A stretch of DNA of 64,000 bases from Euglena gracilis (Eukaryota). Where the stretch lies: the NCBI GenBank assembly GCA_039621445.1, contig CP154954.1, forward strand, positions 19,578,642 to 19,642,641. The letters run 5' to 3'. Shown one piece after another: positions 1-13,300 of the stretch. The translations under genes and the position numbers were made by a program. Position 1 is the stretch's first letter; each line of letters opens with the position of its first letter. The notes under the pieces were generated by a model, which was not told where the DNA came from, searched no databases, and saw nothing but the letters and a program-made list of their open reading frames with translations.

Positions 1-454
1 TGCCCGAGAACCTGTCAAGGTCCTGCCCAGGAAATTGTCAAGGTCTTTGTTACTGGCCAACGTGTCATGATAGGTAGTTGTCAGGGTCCCTGCTGCCGGC
101 CTTCCTGTCAGGTGACAGTTTCTCAGGGGCGGGGGGGGGGGAGGAATTTTGTTGAAATTAATTGCTGAAAAGAAAGAAATTGCTGTTGTAGAATAAATGT
201 TTGACCACCGTAAGTGCATCAATCTGCGCAACAGCGTGCAACGATGTGGATCCCTTGCCCAATCGGAAAATCAAGGTGGGCGTGTATTTTTAAAACTTCC
301 CCGCCATGCGCCGATCTTGCCTCTCACCGCCGAAGTAACTGGGTATCGACGTTACCGGTCACCAGGGTCCGCGACAAACCCCTCTCCGCAACCAGAAACC
401 TCTCCCATCCCCCCATCTCCTGGTTGGCCCCATGCCTTCTCTCGTCCTGGCGGT

Positions 455-1070
455 GGTGGGGCGGGCAGCGGCGTGTCGGCCGACCCCGACCGGGACCCGC
501 CCCGGCGCCCGAAGCCCAAGCCGAAGCCGAAGGGCCGGGGCGTGTTCGAGTACAGCGCCGGGGTCGGGACGCGCACTTACTGCGCCCCCGAGCAGGAGAA
601 GTCCCGCAACTACAACGAAAAGGTGTCATTGCTGCCTGTGCCGGCCTGTGGCGGCGGAAGAAACCGTGCGGGTTGACTCGTGTGAGATTTGCCTGGTCCT
701 GCTTTGGTGCCTGCCAGCCATTCCTGCCAGGTGGACATCTTCAGCGTCGGCATCCTCTTCCTGGAGATGCTTGCGGGCTTCGGCACGGAGCATGAGCGGT
801 GCTTGACGTTGGCTGCGGTGCGGGAGACGGGTCGTGCCACCCCGAGAGAGAGTCTGGCTGACTGGACACCCTTCCTCCCACCTTCACAAATTTTTGATCT
901 GCAGCATCTCTCAATGAATTGCAGATTGCCCATTTTTTGGCATTGGGGCAAATAAATATAACGTATAGACATACATACAATCAAAGATGATTGTATTAAT
1001 ATGTTTGTATGTCCACATTCATAGGTTGCGTGTGAGTTATTATTTCAAATTTGCGTGCATGCGCACGCAC

Positions 1071-1101
<31 letters not shown>

Positions 1102-1312
1102 GCTACCCTGCACCTCGACCTGTAGTTGTCTCCCACAGCCCGGCGCTCCTCCCGAGTTCTACGCCAAGTGCCCGCGGGAGGCAGAGCTCGTCAACGTCTG
1201 CGTCACCCACTCCCCGGAGCGGCGCTGGAGCGCGCGGCAGCTGTTGGAGAGCGACCGGCTGCCGAAGCCCCCGGCGGAGGACAGCGCCATTCGCCAGGTG
1301 GTGGACACCGTC
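455..1312 (+). CDS. GCN2: GCN2 kinase C-lobe exons (subdomains VIII-XI)
   Basis: GVGTRTYCAPE, VDIFSVGILFLEM, PPEFYAKCPREAELVNVCVTHSPERRWSARQLL. GT-AG intron 623-730 joins NEK|VDIF in frame. Confidence 0.9.
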
Positions 1313-4300
1313 GCCCAGGGCGGGCTGGTGTATGGCGGCTGCCCCGTGGTCCGGTGAGGTCAGCGGCCTCACGGGGCCGCTGACCTCGCGTACCAGCCCG
1401 TGCGTACGTGAGGTCGCGTGCGCACCTCGCGTGCGGCGAGGTGCGCAGGTGTGAGCATGCGTGTGCACTCACGCACGCGTGCGCACTCACGCACGCGTGC
1501 TGACGCACGTGTACACGTACGTGAGCACGTACGTGTACACGCACGTGCTCACGTACGTGTATGTGACCACCAACAGCTCCGGGTGACCCTTGCAATTGGG
1601 ACAAGAAATGGTGGGGGACCATGATATGGGGAAAACATTTCGAATCATTTTTTTTTCCCGGACGGTACCTGGTACCGGACTGCCTGCTGCTGCTCCCGGC
1701 AGCGCCGAATCCCCTGTCCTGCCGTCCCCCACCTCTAAACTCAGAACGTATCTGTGATCACGCCACCGCTGCCCCAGCGGATCCCGTCAGTGGAAAGCAA
1801 AGGCAGCAAACCCCCAGCTAACGACCCCCGCCCCACAGCCAGTCACCTCCCCCCCCCCAACTCTGGAACCACCCCACCTCCCCAATTCTGCGGAGGCGTT
1901 TTCTCACCGCACCACTCGGATGCCCGTGGCCCCGTCCCCCATCCAAAGGCCGCCCTGCCCCCACCAGCGACCGCGCCTCCCCCCACTTCCAGCGGTTGCT
2001 GGGGTCTTTGTTCAGTTCCGCTTCCTCCGGGCTGAAGGACTACATGGCTGGCTTCCAGAAGCCCGGCCCTCCCCAGGTGTGCCCCCCTCCCCGAAACAAA
2101 CAGGTGTTGCCACTGGCGGGTGGGGTGTCACGGGAGGCAGGTTCGTGGGAGGTCGGTGCTGCGACCGGCTGCGGATGGCCGCCGCCCAACCAAAAGAAAA
2201 AAAAACAGGTTGGACCACGACCCACCAGGGTCCAACCAAAGCACGATTTTGGATGGCCTGAGGCCCAACCAACGGGCACCATACCTCTTGACTGACCGCC
2301 CGCCATTGGTGGTGTGTCAACCGTGCACAGGTGGCTATGCAAAAAAAACAGGATTCTTTCTTGAGATGGGCGTGGCCAGGGGTTTTCTTGAGCCGGAGGG
2401 TACCCCATCCCCCGGGGGGGGGGGGTCCAGCCAGCCAGCAGCTCAAATCCAGCCGGCAGCCCAAATTCGGGCTGGGAGCCCTCCCCCCCGGGCGGGGGGT
2501 CAAGTGAAATAAAGTTGGGTCCAGCCCGGCCGAAGGCCGGCCAACCAATTGGGCTACCCAGCTCACCTATCCCTTCATTTTTTCCCCCTCGTCGCAGCTT
2601 CCACCATCACAGCCCCCCAGCCTTGACCTAGCTCCATCCATCAAAATGTCGAAAATGCAAAAAAAATTAGAAATTTTTGTTTTTCATCGACCCAGCCCAG
2701 CCCAGCCCCCTCCAGCCCGGACCCCCCCCTCCCCCCCCTATCCCCGGGGGGGGGGGGCAGCCAGCAGCCTTTTTGCCCGCCGGAGGCTGGACCCCCCCCA
2801 GGGGGTCCTTAAGAAAACCCCTGGGCGTGGCCAAGCGCACTCTTCCCAAGCTGCCCACACTTATCTTTGCGAAGGGGAGGGAAAAGGGAGGTCAGTAGGA
2901 CGAAGGGAGTGGTCAGTGAGTGGACCACTGGGCCATAAAGGACCCAGTGATACCGTTTTTATTGACATAATTTATTGTTTCTGTTCATCAGATGATAGAA
3001 CACTGTGGCATTTTTGACGGTTTTTGTGCTTACCACCGCCTGATTTCCCAAAATGACACATCGTTTTCCACATTCTTCTTTTTCTTTGTAAAGAGGGCAA
3101 AGTTGTTTGGACGGACCTTTCTGGCCTTCCCCCCTGCTGAGTTATTTGGGCATGCAAAACTTTAGGGCACTGCAAAGTTATTTGAGGGGGTAAATGAGGC
3201 CTTTAGGGTGCGCATTTTATTGGGGGTCAATACTGACAAATCTAAACTGCCCCCCACACATACATACCCACAGCAGGTTCTCGGGGTGGACGCCCACGCC
3301 GCGTATGACAAGGCGCTGAGCACTCTCATGAACGTGTGTCACCAGCACAGCTTCCTCCACATCCCGTGCCCATCAGTCATCCCCCACCTCGTGACTGCCA
3401 GCGAACCCAGCGGAACGGTCTTTCTGACTCGCAAGCAGCCCAAGGCTCAGGGGGGCGTCCCATGCCAGTCCCCGTGTCATCATCCAAGCAACTGGCTTCA
3501 AAGGACCCAGGGGGGGGATCCACTGGATTGGGAGTTCCACTAGATTGATTGAGAAGATAGGGAAGGTGAGGCATGAGACAGAAGAGACACGGGCCGTTAC
3601 TCCAGAAATAACTGAGAGGAAAGAAGCATTGATGGCAACCGCTGCAGAGGTGTTGGGTCATCCCCCCCTCCCACCCGATGCCTACCGACCCGTCAGCAGG
3701 AACAGGCACTTCTCAACACCAGGGAAAGACACATTCGCAAAGACGTTGTGTTGAGGTGGTCAGTCATTTGTGAGCCTGCTCCCATTTCGGGGCAGGATGC
3801 CCAGGACCGGGCTATTTGCCCATCAGCCGATGTGTACTGTATCGTTCTCCCGAAACACGCGCTCCCCCAGTCATGAACGGGCATATTTATCCACCCCAAC
3901 CTCCCCCCCCCCCCGCCACGTCCCTGGCTCCATCACCTGGCCGCATGCCCTCCTCGCTGGAGGTCAACCCGGCCGTGGGCTGGCAACAACGCGGATCTTG
4001 TGAGCCTGCCCAGCAACCCGGTGGTGGCCTGGTCGTACCATCTGGCCCTGCCGGCACAGCAACACACGCGCCTCGGCTGCCCAGTTGTACCCCGTCAAGC
4101 CACCACCTGAACGGTCGCCCGTCTTTCCGCCTGTATTGGGGATCTTAACAACTCATATACCACGCGTGTGACCCTGAGTGGGGTAGCAAAAGGCTCCGAT
4201 AGGAATTGGGGAGGGTGAAGCAGCAGCGACAAAAATTGACGTGGGTCTGCGCTTGATGTGCGCTTTTCGGGATGGCTGCCTGACAACGCTCTGAAGAGAA

Positions 4301-7300
4301 TGCCAGACCTGCCGAGTCCATTTCCGGGAACCAAATCGAAATTGCGAACCTGTCGTCTTTGAAACGTCGTGAAACAAACAAAAATTCAACCACTTGCAAG
4401 GACATGCCCACCCCTTAAACTGTCTCCAAACAACAGGGGGGGGGGGGCTGCCAATATCAGGTACCCCAAGGCACAACACCCAGGTGCCAAGTACCCTGGG
4501 GGGGTGTAGGTTGAGTTTTCATGCAGGCGGCGGTGATGGGGGGGGGGGTCGGCAGACCACACCCCCCGGTTTTAGGCGGGCAGGCCGCGGCGCGGCGGCA
4601 CCTCACGGCCCTGAAGCGGTACGGCGTGCAGAGCCGGCCGACGCCACACGCGCCGGGGGCGGAGGGCGCAGTGCTGTGCCTCGACGTCGTCGCGCCACTG
4701 GACAGCAGCCCCGGCCCGGACGCGGAGCTGCTGGAGGTGCTGGCGGAGGCCCTGCTGGCGGCGGCGCTGCCGGAGGCCTGCAAGCCGCAGTTCCGCGTGT
4801 CCCACGCCCAGATCGCCGAGGTGTGCGGCGGTATCCCCCCTCCGCTTGAAAGTGGTAAAAAGTAAAAGTCTTTGAACCTTTGCTTTCCTCCTAATGAGTT
4901 GCCGATGTCAAGCTGAAAGCTACAACCATACCCAGACGATAAAATTTTTTTTGTCGGGTGGGTTTTGGGTACCAGACCCCCCCCCAAACGCTTCCCCCAA
5001 GATGGTTCCAGCTGTTCCCCCTCCCCCAGACCCATAGCCCCATAGCTTTTCAGACAATTCCTCCCTCACCCTTCCTCGCCCCCACGCCTGTGAGGAATAA
5101 GCCGGATCATGCATTCTTTAACGACCCCCTCTGAGGGAGGGGACATTTACACACCACCAAAAACCAGCCAGCCACCTTTTCTGGAGAGCCAGGTGGAGTT
5201 GTCTAGTCACTGAATCCTTCCACCTGAATGGACAGGACTCAATCTTCCAAGAGTTTCCAGCGAACATCCACAGCGGTGGCTTCATCCCAGCCCCCCCCCT
5301 ACGAAAAAAAACAGATAAAGGGGGTGTCTGCTGGCTAATGTGCCTCGTCCGGTCTCACCGGAGGGGACCCTCACCCTGACCCTCACCCTGAAAGCCAGCC
5401 AGTTCCTCTTTCGAGCAGCTTCCAGCCGGGCAGACAACCTCCCCGTGGGGGAGGGGTTGGAGCCAGCCCAGTCCAGCTGGATGAGCCGGGAAAATCTCGT
5501 TGGGAAGCATTTCGCCTGAGAGGCAGTCGGCTTCGGTCGTCCTCTGTGCTGGATTTTCATCAAAAGAATGGTCGATGCGGATCTTGGGCCATTTTGAGCG
5601 ATGATGAAAATTGTGGGGACAGTCCAACAAATGGTGAGGGTTGTTTTTGGTGGTGGATGATTTTTTCCCCGCTGCATCATTCCAATTCAACTGGATTTGG
5701 GTTTTTTTCCCCTTGGTTGAGTGTCGGCTGGATTCCCCGGAATCTGCACCCCTTTAGGGTGAGTACAGCACCTTTTTCTGCCAGACAGGCCGGAACCCCG
5801 AAGGCCTTCAAAAATCCCCTGCCCGGCTCAGGTTTTCTGCGTTGGCACATTAATGTGTGTTTTTTTGCAAATTGTTTGCGCACATCACCCCGACCAGAGG
5901 GAGGCCCCCCCCCCCCTGAGTTGCACTACGGCTTCTTGGCTGGTTTATGGCCGGCGCTGACTTCGCTTCTGGCCCAGTTTGCTGTGTGATGAGTGGCCAG
6001 GCGTCCCATCCACCCCCTTCATTGCCGCGGCCAGGAGCTGCTCAGCCTCTGCGGGGTGCCGGAGCCCTGCCGGGCGGAGGTGGCGGCGGCGGTGGACGGG
6101 CTGGCGGGCAGCACGTGGCAGGCGGTGAAGCGGCGGGTGCAGCCCCATGTGGAGGACCGCCTGCTGCGCGTGCTGCGGGCAGGGCCAGCCGGGAATCCCG
6201 AAAACCCGAGGGGTGGAGGGGATGGGGGGTGGGGGTGGGGGGGGGTCCCGGGGGGGGGGGGGAGGTTGACATCCACAATTTCCCGACATTTTCCCGCCTT
6301 TTCCCGTGATTTTTCACCCAATCTCCAGCAGTCTTACACAATTCACCCACAAACTTCGCAATTTTTTATTATTTTTCTGGAGCGTCGCTGTAATTCTGCC
6401 GCCCACCCTCTGGGTCCCCCATTTCCCAGGGTGGGTCCACCCCCCCTTCCTACACAGCCCTGGCTGCGGGAGGTTGCTCACATCCAGGCCGCGCTGGAGG
6501 ACCCAGCGGCGGTTCGGAAGGCGGCCAGCGAGGGGTGGGCAGGTCGGGGTGGGGGGGGGGGGGCTGTTGACAACTCTGTCTATGGAATTGCGGCTCAGGG
6601 CCCCATGCAGTTTGCTCTTTATCCCTCTCTCCGCGTCCACCAGGTTTGCGATGGAGACCGGGCTGTATTCCGAAAACGATTTGGAGTGCAGATGAAATCG
6701 GCAAATTTCTTCAAGGTTAAAACAACCTCTCCCTCTCAAGTCCCTGGAGAGTAGCAGCAGCAGCAGCAGCAGCAGTAGAGGTTGTTGTTGTTGTGATGCC
6801 TGGGCGGGAAGAAACCACGACAGCGGGAGTGCGGTGGCCGAGACACTGCCGCTGGGTGGCGGGAATTCTGCAGCATTGCCGTTGCGTCTGCGGCGCCCGC
6901 CCGCCCCTCCCACGGACGATGCACTGGAGGCGTTCCGGAAGGCGGGAGCGGGGCCCGACGCGCTGGCCTCCGTGGAGCGCGCCTTCGGAGACCTCTTCGC
7001 CCTCGGGGAGGTGGTGGGGCCTGTCCCTTTGCTTGGCGTGGGGAAGGGGACCCGATGGATGGCAGTGTGGGTTGGCTACTCACCCACCCGCCACAAAGGG
7101 CCTGTGTGAATGTGTGTATCGTGTTTGGGGTGTTGGGTTTTTGGGGATTGGGGGTTTTTGGCGTTTTGGAATTTTGTGGTTTTGGGGCTTTTAGGGTTTT
7201 GGGGTTTTGGGGTTTTTTTTTGGTGATGGGTTCCAGGGGGGATTGCTGATGGAGGGGGCTGGTCAAAAGTCATCGGCATTTTGGAAGTTTGGCAGTTGGT

Positions 7301-10300
7301 TCTTGAGCTTCCTTCCATGGGGCAAGCCGAGGGACAGTGCGGGCCTTGGGCCTGGCAGTACCCGTCGTGGTCGACCTCGGCTGCCTCGCGGACTACGCCA
7401 CCTACTGCGGGGTGCTGCTGCAGGTGTGGTGGCAGGGGCGGTGGGCGTGCTCCTGCAGGGAGGTGGGGGCAATGGCCATCCATTTGGCCATTGCCGTCAC
7501 GCCTGGCGTCACGTCCTCCCAGTCACTGCAAGAAACAATCGCTGGGTGATTTCAGGGCTCGCTTGGCCATGAGGTACCCATGGGATTCTATTCTCATTCC
7601 TTGGGTTTATATTTCGTTCCAGAATTTCCTCGCTCTCGATTCAGTGACGTCATTGCCAGTACATGAAATATCTATTTCCTGTACTCCCGAAGTTTGTTCA
7701 TTGGAGCTGTTTTGTACTTCTTTTTGGGTTCATTTTTAAATTTTTTAAATTTTTTGCCTTATTTTAATATTTTTTCATTTTATTTTATTTTATTGTTTGG
7801 TATTTATTTCATTTTGGTTTTTTTATTTCCCGTTTTGCAGTTCAACTCCAAAGCCAATGTGCATTTCCTTCCAAGGCCCCCACCCGTCGCCGCAGGCAGG
7901 GCTGCAGGGCCGCACGTTCGAGGTGGTGGCGCGGGGCGGGCGGTACGATAACCTCCTGCAGCGGCTGCGCGCCCGGCAGCACCGGCTGCTGCAGTGCTCC
8001 GGCGCCCGGCGGCTGCCGCCCCTGCCGGAGGTCATCCCCAGGCGGCTGCGGGTCTCCGCCTGCTGTGTACGACTGCCATCGGACTCTTAATGAGATGAGA
8101 ACTCGGGACCCCCCAATGTTTTGTAATACTTCATACACTTCAGTTTGCCCCATCTTGTGTGTGTTTTTTTTATATACAGGAAATGGGGTGTGAATTTCAT
8201 GCAAATTCTGTTTGATTTTAAGTTTTTTGGGGGCTACACCCTGGCAACGCACCACGCACCACTCCGTCCCACGTTCCCACAAGTTTGTACACTTTTTTTT
8301 GACGCCGCTGAAAATTTTCCTCTGCCAGTAAATGACATGGCGGACGGGTAACTCCCCCCCCCCCCGGTTCGACCGCCGCCTGCCGGCAGCGTGCGGGGTG
8401 CAGGTGGACGTCGCACGGCTGGCGGAGGGGGCGGCGGCGGACAAGGCGCGCCGGGAGAGCGCGGCGGGCGGCGTGGAGGTGGCGGTGTGCAGCGGCGGCG
8501 TGCTGGACACGGCGGAGTACCTGCGGGAGGCGTTCCCCGCCGCGAAGGCCCTGCGTGGTGCGCCCTTGCCCCCCTCCCCCCCCTGTTGTTCCGCCAGCGG
8601 CCCACCTCCAAAAGACCTGTTTAATTGCCTGAAACATTCCGTCAATGTTGGGCACACCTGCAAAAAACAATGAATTAATTTTTTGATAAATTAAATTGCA
8701 TTTTCAGGAAACAGCACCCCATCCTTGTTAGTGTGACCGTGTTTTTATGTGCCGGGACCGCCACAGAAATTTTTTAAGTTTTGCGCTGCGACTGCCAGGG
8801 TGATCCTCAATCTCTGTCCTGTCTGCCCCAGACACCTTCTTCAGGCTTCTTCCGCTGCTGGCTTCCTTGATACTTTCTCAACCACGGCCCAGAAGAAACC
8901 AAGAAGGATATTGGGTGGCAGGGCGTGAGTTTTTGTGTTTAGTGAGTCATCTGTTTTCACATATTATCTTTTGATCCCGTCGAAGCAAAATGTTGTGTGC
9001 TGCTCTGCTGCTAAATTTGCATGCTGTGCACCACGGCAAAATACGCTTGTGCCGCAACCACCGTGGCAATAAATTTGTTTGTGTCGTGACTGCCGCAGAA
9101 AAACAAATTCTTTGTGCCATTAAGCCACCCCCAATAAGACCCCCCCCGCAAAATAAGGCCCCCCAAATATATGACCCTGGGGCCGATTGAACAAAACTCC
9201 AAAATAAGGCTCCCAAAAACAATCCCTTGACGCAGGGGAGGGTGTAATTTCTCCCTTAAAAATCACCAATAAAATCCCAATTGGACAAAAAATAATGAAA
9301 TTTCAAAAATTCTAAACATGGTAAATGCCAATTTATATCAATCACCCGGCGCAAAGGGCCGAAGGAAAGTATTTAGTGTTTTCAGGAACCTGAAAAATGA
9401 TGTCTTTTGATTTGATTTGATTTGATTTGAAGTGATTTTTTTTTTTCGGGCGCAGGGTCGGGCGATAAAAAATCCAAAAATAAGACACCCCCAAAGATGA
9501 GACCCCCCCCCCCTGGAGGTTTCCAGCAATGGACCCAAAATATGTCCCGGTTCTAATTTTTTGGGGGGGTTTTACCGCTGCAGATTTTTTTTGCGCCACG
9601 GCACGAGCGCCGCGGCCCACAATCTACCCCTACCCCTCCCCCCGGGGGTGGGTGGGTGGGTGGGTGGGGGGACCCCTCTCCCCCCCGGACTTAAAAAAAA
9701 AACCCTGTTTGATGGCGGGCATAATAAGGCAGCAGATTTCGGAATTGCCACCCACCCCCCCCCCTCCCGGCGCAGCGTGGGGCCTGCGGGTCAGCGTCCT
9801 CTACGACAGCGCCGCAGCCGGCGATGCGCTGAAGGAGCACCTGAAGCGCCTGCAGCCCGCGTGGGTGCTGTTCGTCAAGCCCACTGGCCCCTGGACCCTC
9901 AGCTCTTTCGCCCAGGGCCCGCTGCCCTGCTGATCCCCCCCCCACCAACAGACCCCCAAACCCAGCCTGCGCAAGCCCCAGTGGCATCACACACATGGAA
10001 CATTCTCTTTTTACCAGGACTCCGACGAATGCAACTGGGCACTACCCAGGGTTGAACTGGGAACCAAAAAAATCGAAACTGCAAAAATATCTTAAAGAGC
10101 TCCAACTGTGCAAAAAAGAATACCCCAAATTCGGGCTGTCCAAACCATTTTCGACCCACTTTTGTCCATTTTGGCTCTTTTTGCATGTTCCAAAAAAAAT
10201 CTGTCACCTTCCAGCTGCCAGAAAAAAAAGAAAATAAGGATAATTAAATCGCGTCGTCTGGGCGGGGCAGTACAGATGCAGGCCGTGCAGCGTAGAGAAC

Positions 10301-13300
10301 ACCCTCCTCATTCTCGCCAGCATCTTGTCATCCCCACCATGTTGAGGTGGCCGGCGACCCCTGGCCCCACCCACCGGGTGTCGCGCGAGGTGGGCCGGGA
10401 CCACCTCGGCAAGGTGGTGCACGCCATGGTGCGCGGCGCGAAGGACCGGCCCGGCTCCGCCCACCACGAGTCGGGGGCGGAGGCGGAGGAGGCGGAGGAG
10501 GCCCGGGGGGACCTCGGACTGCAGGTGTGTTGGTGTGTTGATCTTTTTTAAATGAATAAGGACCTTTGGATGTCAGGTGACAATGGAAGCCCGGATGTTT
10601 GGGGAGCCCTCCCCACGTCAATAAGTTGTCTTCCAACCTTTGTATTTTTCGAACCTTACCATAGGGATTGTCTCTTACCCTTATCTTTGCTAACTTGTAA
10701 ACAATTTTAAAACAATTTTCTCACCTTTTTTGTTTAAGAAATTATTTCTTTAAAAAGGTTTGTTTCTCCGAACTGCGAAATCTTTGTCCTCTCATCAGAC
10801 TTGTCCCGGAATTTACGATTATCCACAAAGCCTTGTGGGTGTCGACCCCCCCCACCCCCCACCAGGCCTTCCCGTGTTTCCGGAGTGTCCATTTTTAGTT
10901 CAGAGTTTGGTTTGTTTAGTTCAGAGTTTTCCTTCGCATCGAACGTGCCAACGCAGATTTTCCTCGCGCGGTTTCTTCTGTGGGGGGGGTAGTGGTGTAG
11001 GCGACCACCTGCTGGGTGGGGGTCGACCACCTCTCCCCCGCCAGGCCTTCCTGTACCGCGCTGGACTGATACATTCCGACGTTTGCCTCGGTTTGTTGCC
11101 GTCAACAGGGAGGATGGAGTCGAGGGCGACAATGGAAGGCTGGGGTGGGGGTCACACCCAGGGCTTTAGCCCAACACTGGGTTTCTACAGAGAGATTCAG
11201 ACCCTCCCTGTGGAGCAGCCCCCCCCCCCAGAGGGAAGAGGTCTGGGAGTTCCCCCAGAACCAAATTTTTTTCATCCCTGGCTGCCGTTTTGCACCAAGT
11301 ATTATATCTTGGTGTATTTTTCGGCCAGGTTTTTCGGCCAGGCCAGAAAAGTGTGCAAAAGCACGATTTGGGCTTTTTTTTCAGCTCAAAAAAATATTCC
11401 CGGCACTCTGTGATGGATTTTCTTTGTACAAAAGAGTTCCGACCCCCACCCCCCCCCCTTCTCATTTAGCACCCTGGGGCACCCCTGCCAGCACCACCAT
11501 CTCGGTAGGTGCGGAGGTCCTACCCCGCCCCTGCCTCCTTCTTTTCCTTGTCCTTTTCCACATGCGCTGCATTTTCCATCAAAAATTCCTCCTGCACCTT
11601 CGGAACTTTTGCGGTTGGTGCCAGGCTCTTGTTTAACGCGGACGGCGTCTGGGGGCATGTGGGTGGGCTAAGCCCCCCCCTCCTGGTGGGTCCCACTCCG
11701 GGAGGTGTCGGCCCCAACGGAGAAGAAGCTTGGTTGGTGGCGGGGTCAACCCCCCCCCAGGGTGACCCCACCTTCTGGGGTCACCCCCCTCCCCCCCCCC
11801 CCCAGGCCTTCCCGTGCCGCCGGGTCCGGACCTGCCCTGTCCCACCCCCGCCCACAGGTCACGGTGCTGCCCGCCACGTTCCGCACCGCGGACATGAGCG
11901 CCTCCGTGCGGCGCCAGCTGGTGACCAGGGCCAGCCCCGAATCCCGACAGCCCAGCTGTGTGTGTGGGGGGGGTGCCAGAAGAAAGGGGGGGGGGAGGTC
12001 CTGTTGTGCAAAACAGCCGTGTGCCGAATAATGAGATTAATTGGGTGGAAATGAGAACATCGAGTTCCATTATACACTGTCAGTTCATGCGCAGATGACC
12101 ATCATTTTTCTTGCTTCTTTCAGTGTCCATTTGTCAGGTTAACCCCCCCCGGAAGTCAGATTTTGGGGGCAGGTTCCATTTCTGGTGCTTATTTTGGCAA
12201 CCCCATTTTCAAAGTTTTGCTTCTACCAACCATTCAAGCGTTTTAGAAACGGACGACAATATCTGCGGGTTTTTTCCCCAGATTTCCGGGCTGAAAATGC
12301 TCCGCCCTGACCCTCCCCTCCACCCCAAAAGGGATCCCATTCTGCTCCCAACCCCCTCGTCTGAGGTCTCATCTGTTGTAGCATTTGGTCATGCAAAGAT
12401 TGCTCAATCACAGACACATTGTTTCCACGAATTTGCCGGCCAACTGACGATGCCGAGGCTAGCGGAGGGGGTAAATGACAACACGGAGCACGTGTGACGC
12501 AGGGCCGCCCTGTCACCATCGTGCTGCCTACGCGCCTTCCAGTCGGCCATCCGCCCCCAGCTGCCGAACTGCCTCGTGCTGTACTGCGGGCTGTCCTTCC
12601 TGGACGTCCGCACGGCGGTCAGCGTTTTCCACGGTCTGATGCCCGGCCGGCCTGGCGTTGGTGCCAATGGCCCAGTGGGTGTATTGTGTTATGGCTGCCA
12701 GGTCGCAAGAGCTGCACTTGCACAACCCCTGGACCCCCCATCTGCGATTTAATTGCCCTTATTCAGGCGGCTGGAAAGTATCAGATTTTTTTGGAACGTG
12801 TGAAATTGGCCAAAATGGACAAAAGTAGGCCGAAGCTGGTCTGGGCAGCCCAATTTTGGGGTCGATAACTTGACCTTTTTCAGGTGTTTTTTGCAGTTTC
12901 GATTTTTTTTTGGTTCCCGGTTCAACCCTGGGTAGTGCCCAGTTCCAGCCGGGAGTCCCATAGAGGGGGGGGGGAGTCCAGAGATTAACTCAAGCCGGAG
13001 GGGGCCAGTCATGAGGGATCAGACTGCCACCCGGGGGGTCCAGTCAGCACATTTTTTTCCGGCCAGGAGCTCCCAGCCGGGCTGAGGAAACCCCCCGAGG
13101 GGGGGGGGTCCTTGCAATAAAGTTCGGGCCACCCCGGCGAAGCCAGGCTGGACCAAATTAATTTTCACCAAAAAAAAATTGAAAAGGGGCACTTTCTTCG
13201 CTTATTGAGTCGTAGTAGGTTCGCTTAGGTGGTCCAGTCCTCTGAGCTGGACAACCCAGGGTGGTCCAGCTCAGAGGCTGGAAAGTTTGGGCTGATTGGA

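Noticed and set aside
818-1147. Exact boundaries of this GCN2 intron
   Set aside because: Several GT/AG and stem-based options give different frames, and a micro-exon is possible; left approximate.
7120-7220. Interstitial telomeric repeat
   Set aside because: Irregular T/G runs with a single TTAGGG; better described as low-complexity sequence.
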